Part shown: in pieces, positions 1 through 9,208 of the stretch
Layout: each line of letters opens with the position of its first letter
How positions within the stretch are numbered: the first letter of the stretch is position 1
IMG/VR virus record: IMGVR_UViG_3300050335_000039
Span: 14,811-78,810 of that record
Reading direction: 5' to 3' (one strand)
Length of the DNA: 64,000 bases
Source: a virus
Lineage: Duplodnaviria > Caudoviricetes
Position numbers and translations under genes: made by a program
Notes under the pieces: model-generated
The model's database searches: none
Told to the model about the DNA's origin: nothing
Seen by the model: only the letters and a program-made list of their open reading frames with translations

Positions 1-116
1 ATTGCTGGTGTCCATTCTCCAGGTGTCCACGTTCCATCAACATTCTCCACCGGTAGTGACCACTGGAAACCACCATAACTCTTTCCTTCGCTATTCAATA
101 TTTTATATATTGTCAT
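1..116 (-). CDS. Hypothetical phage protein, N-terminal part only (runs off window)
   Basis: ATG at 116, reads MTIYKILNSEGKSYGGFQWSLPVENVDGTWTPGEW with no stop to position 1; translated by hand. Confidence 0.5.
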   Translation of the reverse strand, partial: MTIYKILNSEGKSYGGFQWSLPVENVDGTWTPGEWTPA

Positions 117-122
117 AACTAT

Positions 123-275
123 TTACCCGCAATTTAAAGAAAGTATAATTATAAGTACTCCTATGGCTATACCAATAACTTCTGGGTGACCTTCAATTAT
201 AAGTAATTTTATAAAGAAATAAAGTATAAGTATTATACCGACTAAAATACCTATAACAGCCAATGTTGTTAACAT
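123..275 (-). CDS. Small membrane protein (50 aa, two hydrophobic segments)
   Basis: Hand translation MLTTLAVIGILVGIILILYFFIKLLIIEGHPEVIGIAIGVLIIILSLNCG; start overlaps upstream stop; below ORF-track cutoff. Confidence 0.5.
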   Translation of the reverse strand: MLTTLAVIGILVGIILILYFFIKLLIIEGHPEVIGIAIGVLIIILSLNCG

Positions 276-520
276 TATTCCTCTAATTCTTTAGCAATTA
301 ACATGGCATAATTAGCAACATCAATACAGCATTTAATTGCTTCTTCCTTATTTTTTACATCAAAAAAGTAACAAAGTTTATCAAGATTATAAGTCATTGA
401 AGTATATAAATTCTCAAACCACAAATCTTTTTCATCGTGTACTACAACTTTATCTTTATTGTCTGTTAATACATTTGACATTTTCTTAGTAAATTTTTCT
501 AAAAACTCAAGGTTTTGCAT
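275..520 (-). CDS. Hypothetical protein, possibly MazG-like nucleotide pyrophosphohydrolase fold
   Basis: EEAIKCCIDVANYAMLI resembles the E..DVANxAM helix of small phage MazG-like proteins; weak. Confidence 0.4.
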   Translation of the reverse strand: MQNLEFLEKFTKKMSNVLTDNKDKVVVHDEKDLWFENLYTSMTYNLDKLCYFFDVKNKEEAIKCCIDVANYAMLIAKELEE

Positions 521-679
521 ATTAATTTTCCCTTTCTAATTTATTTTTACGTTCTTTTTTTATTTGTAAACTTCTCTTTTTTTGTTCTTCTTCTAGTATA
601 AAAATATTTCTATTATCTATTAACATTCCGTATTTACGTTTATTTATTTTTCTGTCTCTATTATTAGCTTTATTTATGT

Positions 680-1054
680 TCATATTTTCTCTACTTTAAA
701 ATATGGGTATATGTTTATAGTATAATAAATTTTTTTTACTCCAGCATCCTTAAGTGCTTTTAGACAATCTTCACATGGTCTAGCCATTGCAGGCTTACCA
801 TTTTTGGTTTGCCTATAAATATATGCTACTGATCCTTTCAAATTAGTTTTACCACAATTTATTAGACATCTAATTTCAGCATGACTAGACCTACAAAAAT
901 TTAATTTACTATTTGTTGGCCTGGTCTTTTTAAGATTAAATCCTATTCCAATAGGCTTATGTTTTGCTATTACACAGCCTAATTTCTGTTTATAATCAGA
1001 ATACATGCTTACATTTTTAGCTAATAAAAAATATCCTATATTAAACAGACTCAT
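680..1054 (-). CDS. Zinc-dependent cytidine/dCMP deaminase family protein
   Basis: HAE (SHAEIRCL) and PCxxC (RPCEDC) zinc motifs. Confidence 0.8.
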   Translation of the reverse strand: MSLFNIGYFLLAKNVSMYSDYKQKLGCVIAKHKPIGIGFNLKKTRPTNSKLNFCRSSHAEIRCLINCGKTNLKGSVAYIYRQTKNGKPAMARPCEDCLKALKDAGVKKIYYTINIYPYFKVEKI

Positions 1055-1217
1055 CTTCTATACAATAATTCTCCTCATATTCATCTTCATCTATATCAAA
1101 TATCTCAAATGGTTCGGTATATTTACAGTTTGGATAGTCAGCACAACCATAGAATTTTTCTCCTGTTTTACTGTTTATTCTTACCATCATTGTACTTCCG
1201 CATTTTTTACATATCAT
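1041..1217 (-). CDS. Stand-alone topoisomerase-type C4 zinc-ribbon protein with acidic tail (58 aa)
   Basis: Hand translation MICKKCGSTMMVRINSKTGEKFYGCADYPNCKYTEPFEIFDIDEDEYEENYCIEDESV; CxxCG...FYGCxxYPxC pattern; missed by ORF track. Confidence 0.7.
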   Translation of the reverse strand: MICKKCGSTMMVRINSKTGEKFYGCADYPNCKYTEPFEIFDIDEDEYEENYCIEDESV

Positions 1218-1652
1218 TTAGTATCCTTTATATATATTAATATTATCTGGTAAATATTTAATTATATTATATACACTATCATATTGTAAATGCCCACATC
1301 CAATTCCAGGAAAATTCAACCCAAAAATTAATTCTGGTTTTCTAACAGCAAAATCCCTCAATAATGATGTAGAATATTTTATTAATTCTAAATCAGCATT
1401 ATCCTTAAAATGATATTTTGTTTGAAATATCCCAATATTTTCCATTACGATAACTCCGTATTTACCTAAATTACCACAAGTATTTAGAATTCTTTCTCCA
1501 AATTTTTTTGCTAGAAATGGGTAAATTTTATATAACTCTCCGGCGGCACCTTTACCCATTACTAATTCGTGTTTACTTGTAACAAATGAATTAGTAGTAA
1601 CCAATAAAACATCAACATTAGCGGAAAATAGGTTATCATAAAATAATTTCAT
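1218..1652 (-). CDS. Macro domain (ADP-ribose binding/hydrolase, DarG/Appr-1-p-like) protein
   Basis: TTN..V......VMGKGAA, F.TK.HF, FPGIGCG motifs. Confidence 0.7.
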   Translation of the reverse strand: MKLFYDNLFSANVDVLLVTTNSFVTSKHELVMGKGAAGELYKIYPFLAKKFGERILNTCGNLGKYGVIVMENIGIFQTKYHFKDNADLELIKYSTSLLRDFAVRKPELIFGLNFPGIGCGHLQYDSVYNIIKYLPDNINIYKGY

Positions 1653-1653
1653 T

Positions 1654-1833
1654 TTATATGATTCTTCCTCTCAATTTTACTATTCTATCTAAAATAATTT
1701 TATCTTTAATCTCTTTTATATTTCCATCTAGATCGCTTACATAAATTTTTCTACACAAAGCACAAAATAAATATCTTTTATTATCTATATAAACAATATC
1801 CAAACAACTCTTACAATTTATGCATTTAGCCAT
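1654..1833 (-). CDS. Small zinc-ribbon protein (59 aa)
   Basis: Hand translation MAKCINCKSCLD...FCALCRK; two CxxC pairs. Confidence 0.5.
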   Translation of the reverse strand: MAKCINCKSCLDIVYIDNKRYLFCALCRKIYVSDLDGNIKEIKDKIILDRIVKLRGRII

Positions 1834-1922
1834 TATTCATCACCATAAAAAAAATTTGGATGGCCTGACTCTCACCAGACTGTATTTTATTGTCCATTTA
1901 GAATCAATAATAGCATCCATAG

Positions 1923-1995
1923 TGGGCTAGGTAGGAGTCGAACCTACAACTCACTCCTTATAAGAGAGGCACTCTAACCATTGAGTTACTAGCCC
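1923..1995 (-). tRNA. tRNA-Ile (anticodon UAU), no encoded CCA
   Basis: GGGCTAG/CTAGCCC acceptor, AATGGTTA D-loop, CT-TAT-AA anticodon loop, GTAGG-TTCGACT-CCTAC T-arm. Confidence 0.85.
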
Positions 1996-2058
1996 ATGTA
2001 CTCCGGCAACTAAGTACCGGAGTAAAAAGGAGAAAAATAAAATGTCTTATTAATTATA

Positions 2059-2087
2059 ATTATACTATAGTATCAGCAATGTGTCAA
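2059..2087 (-). promoter_or_regulatory. Sigma70-type promoter upstream of tRNA-Ile
   Basis: TTGACA-17 bp-TATAAT. Confidence 0.8.
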
Positions 2088-2091
2088 GGGT

Positions 2092-2406
2092 TTACTTTGA
2101 TTTAGCAAATTCCTTAATTGGTTTAACCCCAGTATTATAACCTATAAACGATAGTAACGCTCCTAACACGGCTAATACAATATATTTTACTAAATCCAAC
2201 ACACTACCTACAATGGGTACATCAACCGATAATCCCAGCCATAAAAGGGCATAGGGTACAACTGCATTTAAAATTGGAGTTATAACAACATAAAAAATAG
2301 GCATAAATTCTTGACTGGGATTAATCTTCCTAACTAACCATTTAATACCTTCAATAATTAAGATTACAACCCCAGCTGTAGTTACGATTTGTGATAGATC
2401 AACCAT
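2092..2406 (-). CDS. Three-TM membrane protein, holin-like topology
   Basis: 104 aa, three hydrophobic helices, basic C-terminus; distant from the lysis cassette. Confidence 0.5.
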   Translation of the reverse strand: MVDLSQIVTTAGVVILIIEGIKWLVRKINPSQEFMPIFYVVITPILNAVVPYALLWLGLSVDVPIVGSVLDLVKYIVLAVLGALLSFIGYNTGVKPIKEFAKSK

Positions 2407-2408
2407 AT

Positions 2409-2564
2409 TTAATCTCCTAACTCTAAGTATCCTTCTAATTCATAAATAATATCTAAGGCATCACTTATAGCAAATTCTACCTTTGTATTATTTAAATCTG
2501 TAAATGTGCCTTCTAATATTTCTTCTATTTCTTCAAGTTTACTAATAATTTCATCGTTAGACAT
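2409..2564 (-). CDS. Small acidic hypothetical protein (51 aa)
   Basis: Hand translation MSNDEIISKLEEIEKILEG...; upstream AGGAG. Confidence 0.45.
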   Translation of the reverse strand: MSNDEIISKLEEIEEILEGTFTDLNNTKVEFAISDALDIIYELEGYLELGD

Positions 2565-3141
2565 TATTAATCTCCTTATTTAAAATGTTTTCTGCCAAGG
2601 TATTACAATAATCATTTAAATCTTCCATACTACAGTTATTATAAATTACAAAATCGAAATTTTCAAAATATTCAAAATCATCTAGAGACGTTTCACTTAC
2701 ATCATCATAAGCAGGAGTTCCCTTTAATATTTCCCTGTCTGGGGATATAATTTTTACTTTATAAATAGAATAAACTGTATTATTTTTCAAATAGCCATAT
2801 TCATTTGGAAATCGCCAATCGTCTATTATAGCTATTTTAAAACCATTAAAACCTAAATAAGTTTTTTCTAATTTGCTTACCCAAATATCTTTATTATATT
2901 TTCTACCTATTCTACCAACATCCTGTAAAAGAGTTCTTCCTTTTTCATCTTTATTTCCATCCCAACCAAAACCAAAAAAGGCCGCATCTTTTACCCCTTT
3001 AGCAAAGGAATATATATTAGAATCTTTATACCCCTTTTGAATAAAAATATCCCTTAGTAAGTTAGCAACAGTAGTTTTTCCTGTACCAGCTTTTCCAGAA
3101 AGCAAAATACAAATTGGTTTATTAAACATTACTCCTGACAT
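2557..3141 (-). CDS. Deoxynucleoside monophosphate kinase
   Basis: P-loop GKAGTGKTT, SFA..VK, RxLLQxVG, IIDDWRFPNE. Confidence 0.75.
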   Translation of the reverse strand: MSGVMFNKPICILLSGKAGTGKTTVANLLRDIFIQKGYKDSNIYSFAKGVKDAAFFGFGWDGNKDEKGRTLLQDVGRIGRKYNKDIWVSKLEKTYLGFNGFKIAIIDDWRFPNEYGYLKNNTVYSIYKVKIISPDREILKGTPAYDDVSETSLDDFEYFENFDFVIYNNCSMEDLNDYCNTLAENILNKEINNV

Positions 3142-3329
3142 TCCTCCAAGACTCCTTCCAATAACTTTTTATTTATATAATTGTTTGCAACAAGAAACTT
3201 TAAAATAAAGGATAAAGTCGGTATTCCAAATACAATAGAATCTTTTGTAGAAATAAAAAATTCATTATTTGTGTCTTGTCTAATAACTATACAATTAAGA
3301 TTAGGTATTTTCATTACCCTCAGAGACAT
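3129..3329 (-). CDS. Hypothetical protein
   Basis: ORF; ATG at 3329 preceded by AGAGG is preferred over the track start. Confidence 0.5.
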   Translation of the reverse strand: MSLRVMKIPNLNCIVIRQDTNNEFFISTKDSIVFGIPTLSFILKFLVANNYINKKLLEGVLEECQE

Positions 3330-3669
3330 TTTTAACCTCTTCTTCTGCAACATTAAAAAGACTGTAATCATATTTCTGTAAATAATTTGTAGAGTACAAA
3401 TTACAATTATTTATTGCAGAATATAAATCCCTATTAATTACCTTAAATCCCATTGTTTTTTCATCCCATTTCTTTAAATCTTTACTCCTACCTTCACTAA
3501 TATTATATGTAACTGTCCAATAACCATCTTCAAAAACTGCCTTTATTTCTGTATTAAATGTTTTTCCAATAAAGTCATTCTTTTCAATAACTAAATTAAC
3601 GTCTTTATCTTTTTTATTTTTATTAAAAAGTTTCATATCAGACTCCTTTATATACTTGTTCTTACCCAT
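3301..3669 (-). CDS. Hypothetical protein
   Basis: 122-aa ORF in a tightly packed operon. Confidence 0.55.
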   Translation of the reverse strand: MGKNKYIKESDMKLFNKNKKDKDVNLVIEKNDFIGKTFNTEIKAVFEDGYWTVTYNISEGRSKDLKKWDEKTMGFKVINRDLYSAINNCNLYSTNYLQKYDYSLFNVAEEEVKNVSEGNENT

Positions 3670-4328
3670 TTTCTAAACGGCTGTAATTTATTGTGTAATG
3701 ATTCTAAAATTTCTACGTCTGCAATATTATGATATAATACAGAATTTAATGCTTTTTTGTCGCCATATTTAGCAAGATACCATACATTACCATCTAATGG
3801 TGTTTTCCCCTCTATTCCTAAATATTGTGTAGCAACTGCTAAAGATTTTCTGGATAGACATAATTTGCTTTTAACTGTATAATATAAATCAAAATTATAT
3901 ATATCGCCATAAGCTGGAAAATCAAAGTCATAATGTAATGCCTTGGTTCTCAAAAACGGCAAATCAAAACCTGTTCCAAAATATGTAACTATAATTTTAT
4001 ATTTGCACATCTCATTAATACAGCTTTTTATAATCCTTGTATCAAATGTACCATTAAATAATTCTTTTTTATCTATTATATCATAAGCCGTTGTACCGTC
4101 TTTTTCCTTTATAGACCATGATAACATTGTCCCTAAATCTGCTTTTAAATTATCTGTCTCTATGTCTAAATAGCCTATTCTATATTGTGGAATTTGATAC
4201 CACTCTACACCCATTTCTTTAGCTATTTTATTAGCCTGTTTGTCATTTACTAAGCCATTAGCAAAACATGACGGATGAGATTCTATGTCGTGTCTATGTA
4301 CACAAAACAAATCTTTTATACCTAACAT
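3648..4328 (-). CDS. RNase H-like DEDD 3'-5' exonuclease (YprB/PolB-exo-like)
   Basis: YLDIET, TYFGTGFDLPFL, HNIADV motifs. Confidence 0.8.
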   Translation of the reverse strand: MLGIKDLFCVHRHDIESHPSCFANGLVNDKQANKIAKEMGVEWYQIPQYRIGYLDIETDNLKADLGTMLSWSIKEKDGTTAYDIIDKKELFNGTFDTRIIKSCINEMCKYKIIVTYFGTGFDLPFLRTKALHYDFDFPAYGDIYNFDLYYTVKSKLCLSRKSLAVATQYLGIEGKTPLDGNVWYLAKYGDKKALNSVLYHNIADVEILESLHNKLQPFRKWVRTSI

Positions 4329-4714
4329 TGTTTATCCTTATCTAAGCCAATATATTCTGCCATTCGTTTTTGCTGTTCTTCGTTTAATTTATATTTTTTA
4401 GTTATATAATCCATGTAACCCTCGTCCGTAAATTCATAACCTAATGATATAGAAAGTTTATTAATTATATCAGAATAAATTTTTGATACTGTAATTCTAT
4501 TTAAATTTAATTTTGAGCTTAAATCTTTATAGTTTATTCCGTCTATAATATAATTATATACTTTTATTTCCACCGGAGAAAACAATCCCTTCTTATTTAA
4601 GTCTGCAAATTTTTTTTCTATTACAATTAAATCATTATATTCGTCGGAATCTATATCACCTCTTTCTTTTATAAGTTTATTGTTTTCTAATAATTGTCTA
4701 ATTATCCAGCTCAT
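4322..4714 (-). CDS. HTH protein (sigma region 4/LuxR-like)
   Basis: GINYKDLSSKLNLNRITVSK helix-turn-helix pattern. Confidence 0.5.
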   Translation of the reverse strand: MSWIIRQLLENNKLIKERGDIDSDEYNDLIVIEKKFADLNKKGLFSPVEIKVYNYIIDGINYKDLSSKLNLNRITVSKIYSDIINKLSISLGYEFTDEGYMDYITKKYKLNEEQQKRMAEYIGLDKDKQC

Positions 4715-5387
4715 AATCTACTCCTAAACAATCCTTCTTATAATCACATAAAAAACATTTATTATTAAATACTCCATTCCTCATATATATACCAGACTTT
4801 ATACCTTTTACCATACTAGGAATTATATCATTAATTACTAAATTAGTCAAGTCTTTATTATAGTTAAATTTTATTAGTTTTTTATGTGGAATAGAAGCAT
4901 ATAAAACATAATCTGGTTCCTTATTATATAATACCTTATAGGCATAATTATAAATAATAAACTGTATATCTTTATCAATTGATTTAGGAGCTTTTGAAGC
5001 TGTTTTCCAATCTATAATATTATTGTCAACTATTCTATCAATAATTCCAACAAGATATATATCTTTATAAATTTTTAGCTTAAAGAATCTTTCATAATAA
5101 TCAATATTGGCATTGGCAATAATTGGAAAAAATTCCTCATTAAATTTTTTTATATAGTCTAAAACTATAATTTTATCTTCATTACTTAAATTATATTTTA
5201 CAGTTACTTCGTCTATAAGAATGTTAAGATCTTTTTCTTTTATTTTTGCTATAATTTCATGTACAGCGCTACCCCTAATAGCGTATATATTTTTTTCTCC
5301 CAAATCTTTTTTATGTATTCTATAATATGCCTTCATCTGACAATCTAAATAATCTTTTATTAAACTTGCTGAAATTTGTAATGCCAA
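4698..5387 (-). CDS. PD-(D/E)XK nuclease (Cas4/RecB-like exonuclease)
   Basis: SAS.I..Y..C, G...H, GIIDRI, IIDWKT, Q...Y, terminal CxxCxxxxxC. Confidence 0.8.
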   Translation of the reverse strand: MALQISASLIKDYLDCQMKAYYRIHKKDLGEKNIYAIRGSAVHEIIAKIKEKDLNILIDEVTVKYNLSNEDKIIVLDYIKKFNEEFFPIIANANIDYYERFFKLKIYKDIYLVGIIDRIVDNNIIDWKTASKAPKSIDKDIQFIIYNYAYKVLYNKEPDYVLYASIPHKKLIKFNYNKDLTNLVINDIIPSMVKGIKSGIYMRNGVFNNKCFLCDYKKDCLGVDYELDN

Positions 5388-5399
5388 ATTATTACCTTT

Positions 5400-5768
5400 C
5401 TATGTAATAGATATTCTACTATTAGCCGATTCGCTTCTCCAAACATCTATTAACATTTTATAAAAATCAAATTTTAATTTACACTTCTCTAATCTTGAAA
5501 CATACTCAGCTAATTCATTTCTTAATGGAATTAATTCATTATTAAATCCAGAATATTTCCACGTAGAATCTATGTATGCAAACGATGGAGCCTTCCCATT
5601 TTGAAAATATTTTGGATCAGTAGTAGCAATTCTAACTATTTCACTTTCCGCAAATTTTATTTTTATATCTAGTTTACTTTTTTCTATAGAAAGATTTCCT
5701 ATTTCATCTATTAACTTAGATAATTCGTCAAAATCCGGTAATTGAATTTTATTAGATATAATACTCAT
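5400..5768 (-). CDS. Hypothetical coiled-coil protein, possibly UvsY-like recombination mediator
   Basis: C-terminal IDVWRSESANSR pattern and position in the recombination module; weak. Confidence 0.4.
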   Translation of the reverse strand: MSIISNKIQLPDFDELSKLIDEIGNLSIEKSKLDIKIKFAESEIVRIATTDPKYFQNGKAPSFAYIDSTWKYSGFNNELIPLRNELAEYVSRLEKCKLKFDFYKMLIDVWRSESANSRISIT

Positions 5769-6147
5769 TTATTATCCTTTCTATATTAGAAACTTTTTCA
5801 CATATTTTATACGATTTTAAAATATCATCTATACATAATTTATCAGTAATTTTTATTATATAGTCCTTATATTTTTCAAAATTAATTGCGGATAAAAATA
5901 CATTATATAAATTAATTTCTGTGTCGTAATTCCAACCAGGAAAATCTAAATAATTAATAAGTATATCGGAAATCTCTTTTTCTGAGAAATCAAATGTTTC
6001 AGATAAATTCTTATTGCTTATTCCGCAGGCACATCCTTTTATAATTTCAAATATTGATATATAATCTAATACATAATTTGGTATTTTAAAATTATCCCAA
6101 TAATATTTTTTAATATCTTCCCAAATATCATAATTTCTTTTTGTCAT
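5752..6147 (-). CDS. Hypothetical protein
   Basis: 131-aa ORF in operon. Confidence 0.55.
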   Translation of the reverse strand: MTKRNYDIWEDIKKYYWDNFKIPNYVLDYISIFEIIKGCACGISNKNLSETFDFSEKEISDILINYLDFPGWNYDTEINLYNVFLSAINFEKYKDYIIKITDKLCIDDILKSYKICEKVSNIERIINEYYI

Positions 6148-6562
6148 ATATTCTATCTAATTCCTCATATAACTCAGACATTTCTGCTATAAGGTTTGAG
6201 AATGTATCAATATCAAGTACTATAAATTCTTGTACTCCACTTCTTGCACCAGAAAACTTACAAATTAACCCTGGAATAGAATATGTGGATTTGGCTTCTT
6301 CCATTATTTTATCTAACCATTCTTTTTTTATGGATAGTTGCGTAGCACCCCCATATCCAACTTTAGCTTCTAATTTAAATTTTTTTGGTATTCCTGATAC
6401 TTCACCTGTAATATCTCCAGTTAAGGAAGAAATATTCAACCTAGTTCCAATTGATCCACTTGTAGGAATTCTCTTCCATATACTATTTTTAATTTTATTA
6501 TTTAATAATTTTACAGCATCTCTTTCAAATTGAGAGCCCTTCCTTTTTGAATTCAAAACCAT
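6128..6562 (-). CDS. Holliday junction resolvase (Hjc-like PD-(D/E)XK)
   Basis: NSKRKGSQFER, GDI, LEAK motifs. Confidence 0.75.
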   Translation of the reverse strand: MVLNSKRKGSQFERDAVKLLNNKIKNSIWKRIPTSGSIGTRLNISSLTGDITGEVSGIPKKFKLEAKVGYGGATQLSIKKEWLDKIMEEAKSTYSIPGLICKFSGARSGVQEFIVLDIDTFSNLIAEMSELYEELDRIYDKKKL

Positions 6563-7855
6563 TTACTTATCTCCAGTCATAATATTATTTGCTAGATTCA
6601 TTTTTAAAAATATTGTTCCAATTGGGCCATTTCTATTTTTCCTGATAATAAACTCCGTTATTCCGGCTTGATTAGTACTTTTTGGATTATAATAATCATC
6701 CCTATACAAAAAACATACAAAATCTGAATCTTCTTCAATATGTCCAGATTGTCTAATATCTGATAAAACAGGGCGTTTATCGTCACGTAATTCACAAGAC
6801 CTATTAATTTGTGATAACATAATTATAGTTATTTTTAAATCATTTGCTAAAAGTTTCATAGCACGAGAAATTCTTCCTAGCTCTGCTACTGAATCAGAAT
6901 TACGCTCAGCTAATAATCCTATATAATCTATATATACTAAATTAATATCATATAACTTTTTATATTTTCTAATAGTTGATATTATATAATTCAAATCAAC
7001 TGAAAAAGTAGTATCAATAAAAATATCTAAATCTTTAAATCTCTTTAAAGAATTTTCTATATCATTTACCTTATTTTGATCTAATAAACCTAGACGTATA
7101 TCTGTAATAGGTATTCCGGTATCCAAAGCAATAAGTCTATCCATTAAACCAGATTCAGTCATTTCAAGATCAAATACTAAAGATTTAGCTCCTGCTTTAC
7201 TGGCATTTAATAATGAATTACACAAAAAAGCTGTTTTACCAGAAGATGGCCTACCAGCTATTATCCATACTTCACCTTCGCAATAACCTCCAGTAGGAAT
7301 ATCTATTGATTTAAATCCAGTAGTTATTCCAGATATTCCTGGATTTTCTAATCTAGTTTTTATATTCTCAAATGTAATATTAACTGTATCAGAAATTCTA
7401 TGCGTGCCTTCTCCACCAGATGTCAATGTTAAATTATCAATTGTACTTCTTAAATTAGAAATAACAGAATCAACATCTTTTTCTTTTATAAAATTGTCTG
7501 ATAATTTTGAAGTTACTGAAATTAATGTTTTAGCTTTGTAAGAATCAACTATATTTTTTTCAAAGTATTTCAGATTATCCTTATTATAATTTTGTGTTAT
7601 CAGGTGCTTTATATATTCCTGACCACCTACAGAATCCAGTTTATTTTTACTCTTTAGGTAATTTATTACTAAATTGATTTCTGGCACTAAACCATCATTT
7701 ACTAGAATATTTATAGTATCAAATAGAATATTATGTGGTGAGGAGGAAAACATAAATGGTTTTACATTTTTTACGTCATAGATTAAATCTGGATTTAAAA
7801 GTATAATAGACAAAAATGCTTTCTCGGATTCTGTTGAAAATAATTCATCAGTCAT
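6563..7855 (-). CDS. dnaB: Replicative DNA helicase DnaB
   Basis: AGRPSSGKT Walker A, IDYI, LSQINR, RPVLSDIRQSGHIEEDSD, KNRNG. Confidence 0.95.
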   Translation of the reverse strand: MTDELFSTESEKAFLSIILLNPDLIYDVKNVKPFMFSSSPHNILFDTINILVNDGLVPEINLVINYLKSKNKLDSVGGQEYIKHLITQNYNKDNLKYFEKNIVDSYKAKTLISVTSKLSDNFIKEKDVDSVISNLRSTIDNLTLTSGGEGTHRISDTVNITFENIKTRLENPGISGITTGFKSIDIPTGGYCEGEVWIIAGRPSSGKTAFLCNSLLNASKAGAKSLVFDLEMTESGLMDRLIALDTGIPITDIRLGLLDQNKVNDIENSLKRFKDLDIFIDTTFSVDLNYIISTIRKYKKLYDINLVYIDYIGLLAERNSDSVAELGRISRAMKLLANDLKITIIMLSQINRSCELRDDKRPVLSDIRQSGHIEEDSDFVCFLYRDDYYNPKSTNQAGITEFIIRKNRNGPIGTIFLKMNLANNIMTGDK

Positions 7856-8225
7856 TTAAGCTCCCTAGTAAAATATTTTTCTGATATTGCTCGTTAATTC
7901 TTTTATTAGTATTATTTATATATGAAGTTAAATCTATATTTGTAGAAAATTCATTGCCATACTTTTTTTCCATTCTTCTCTTGCATAAATAGGTTATCAA
8001 CGGATAAATTTTATCATGGTTTATATTTTCCATATCATACATATCCATTATAGAAAAAAATATAGTTTCCCTGCCATACATTTTTAATAATTTATTAAAT
8101 GTAATTATTATACTTTTATTTATCTGCAAATCAAAAGCCTCACAATAAAACCTGGCTAATAATAGACCAACATTCTTTTCAGTATATAATTTTTGAAAAT
8201 AAAAATCTGCTAAATTTTCTGACAT
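7848..8225 (-). CDS. Hypothetical protein
   Basis: 125-aa ORF coupled to dnaB. Confidence 0.55.
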   Translation of the reverse strand: MSENLADFYFQKLYTEKNVGLLLARFYCEAFDLQINKSIIITFNKLLKMYGRETIFFSIMDMYDMENINHDKIYPLITYLCKRRMEKKYGNEFSTNIDLTSYINNTNKRINEQYQKNILLGSLND

Positions 8226-8945
8226 TTATCTATTATCTCCATAATACAAACCACACCCTATCCCACATTCAATTTCATATTCACTCTTATATCTACCGGC
8301 ATCTTTAGGCAATTCATCTAGATACACATCTTTAAATATTTTTACTCCCATTTTGCGTTCTTGTTTTGCCATGCGTTCAAATGAATCTGGAAAATCTACT
8401 CTAATTTTATTCCAGTATCCCTTACCCCCTTTAACACATCCAATACAATTATTATTTTTATATCCTAATTTATACATCATAGGTATTTCAATTCCTGCTT
8501 TAATAAGCATATTAAAGCAGTCTTGTTTATTCATATTTAAATATTGTAATGGAAATATACAATATAAATCAGGATTATTTTGTTTAAATCTTTCTATTCT
8601 TTTAGCCTCTTCAACTGTAAAACCAAATATATGTATATCTTCAGGTTTCATATATTGCTCTCTAACTTTTATTTTTAACTCTTGTGTACATTTAGCCATA
8701 CCATTTCCAACAAGCCACCCTGTTTTATTAAAGACATCATATATATCAGTATATTTTTCAGATCGTATTATTTTAATCTCTTGCCCTATCCATTCTGAAA
8801 CATCATGCATAAATCTTTTATTATCTGGATGTTCATAAGCCAATGTGTCGCAGTATAAAACTTCAACGTTTAGATATGATTTGGAAACTAATTTTGCAAC
8901 ACAAGCTGATGTTACTCCACAGGAAAACCATACCAAAGTTCTCAT
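8226..8945 (-). CDS. PAPS-reductase-family (PP-loop) protein
   Basis: WFSCGVTSA PP-loop variant, EHPDN.RF, CT.ELK, GFT.EE..R, NNNCIGCVKGG..YW. Confidence 0.75.
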   Translation of the reverse strand: MRTLVWFSCGVTSACVAKLVSKSYLNVEVLYCDTLAYEHPDNKRFMHDVSEWIGQEIKIIRSEKYTDIYDVFNKTGWLVGNGMAKCTQELKIKVREQYMKPEDIHIFGFTVEEAKRIERFKQNNPDLYCIFPLQYLNMNKQDCFNMLIKAGIEIPMMYKLGYKNNNCIGCVKGGKGYWNKIRVDFPDSFERMAKQERKMGVKIFKDVYLDELPKDAGRYKSEYEIECGIGCGLYYGDNR

Positions 8946-8960
8946 AATTTTCTCTTAATT

Positions 8961-9152
8961 TTATGTCTCATATAAAAGACAAGGTAATTTATTCTGCTCT
9001 ATTAAAACAGCACTTATTCTTCCAGTATATCTATCTCCTAGTTTGGCAATTACTTTATCTATAGCCTCTTTTTCATTTTCGGCAACAGACAAATAATACT
9101 CATCATACCTTCCAGGCCCAGGATGATAAATGTCAACAATATATATGTTCAT
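8961..9152 (-). CDS. Hypothetical protein
   Basis: 63-aa ORF with upstream AGAA purine tract. Confidence 0.5.
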   Translation of the reverse strand: MNIYIVDIYHPGPGRYDEYYLSVAENEKEAIDKVIAKLGDRYTGRISAVLIEQNKLPCLLYET

Positions 9153-9208
9153 ATTAATTCTATTATTTTCCTTTCATAATAATTTCTGTGACCTATAATT
9201 CACAAGTA

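Noticed and set aside
1005-1253. Plus-strand ORF 1005..1253 and the other short antisense ORFs in the track (e.g. 6141, 8353, 24836, 29842, 41453, 48349)
   Set aside because: They shadow well-supported genes on the opposite strand and lack SD sites and motifs
1846-1900. Possible fifth tRNA remnant (GTCTG-GTGAGAGT-CAGGC) downstream of tRNA-Ile
   Set aside because: No D or anticodon arm and a poor acceptor stem; a hairpin followed by T8 fits a terminator better
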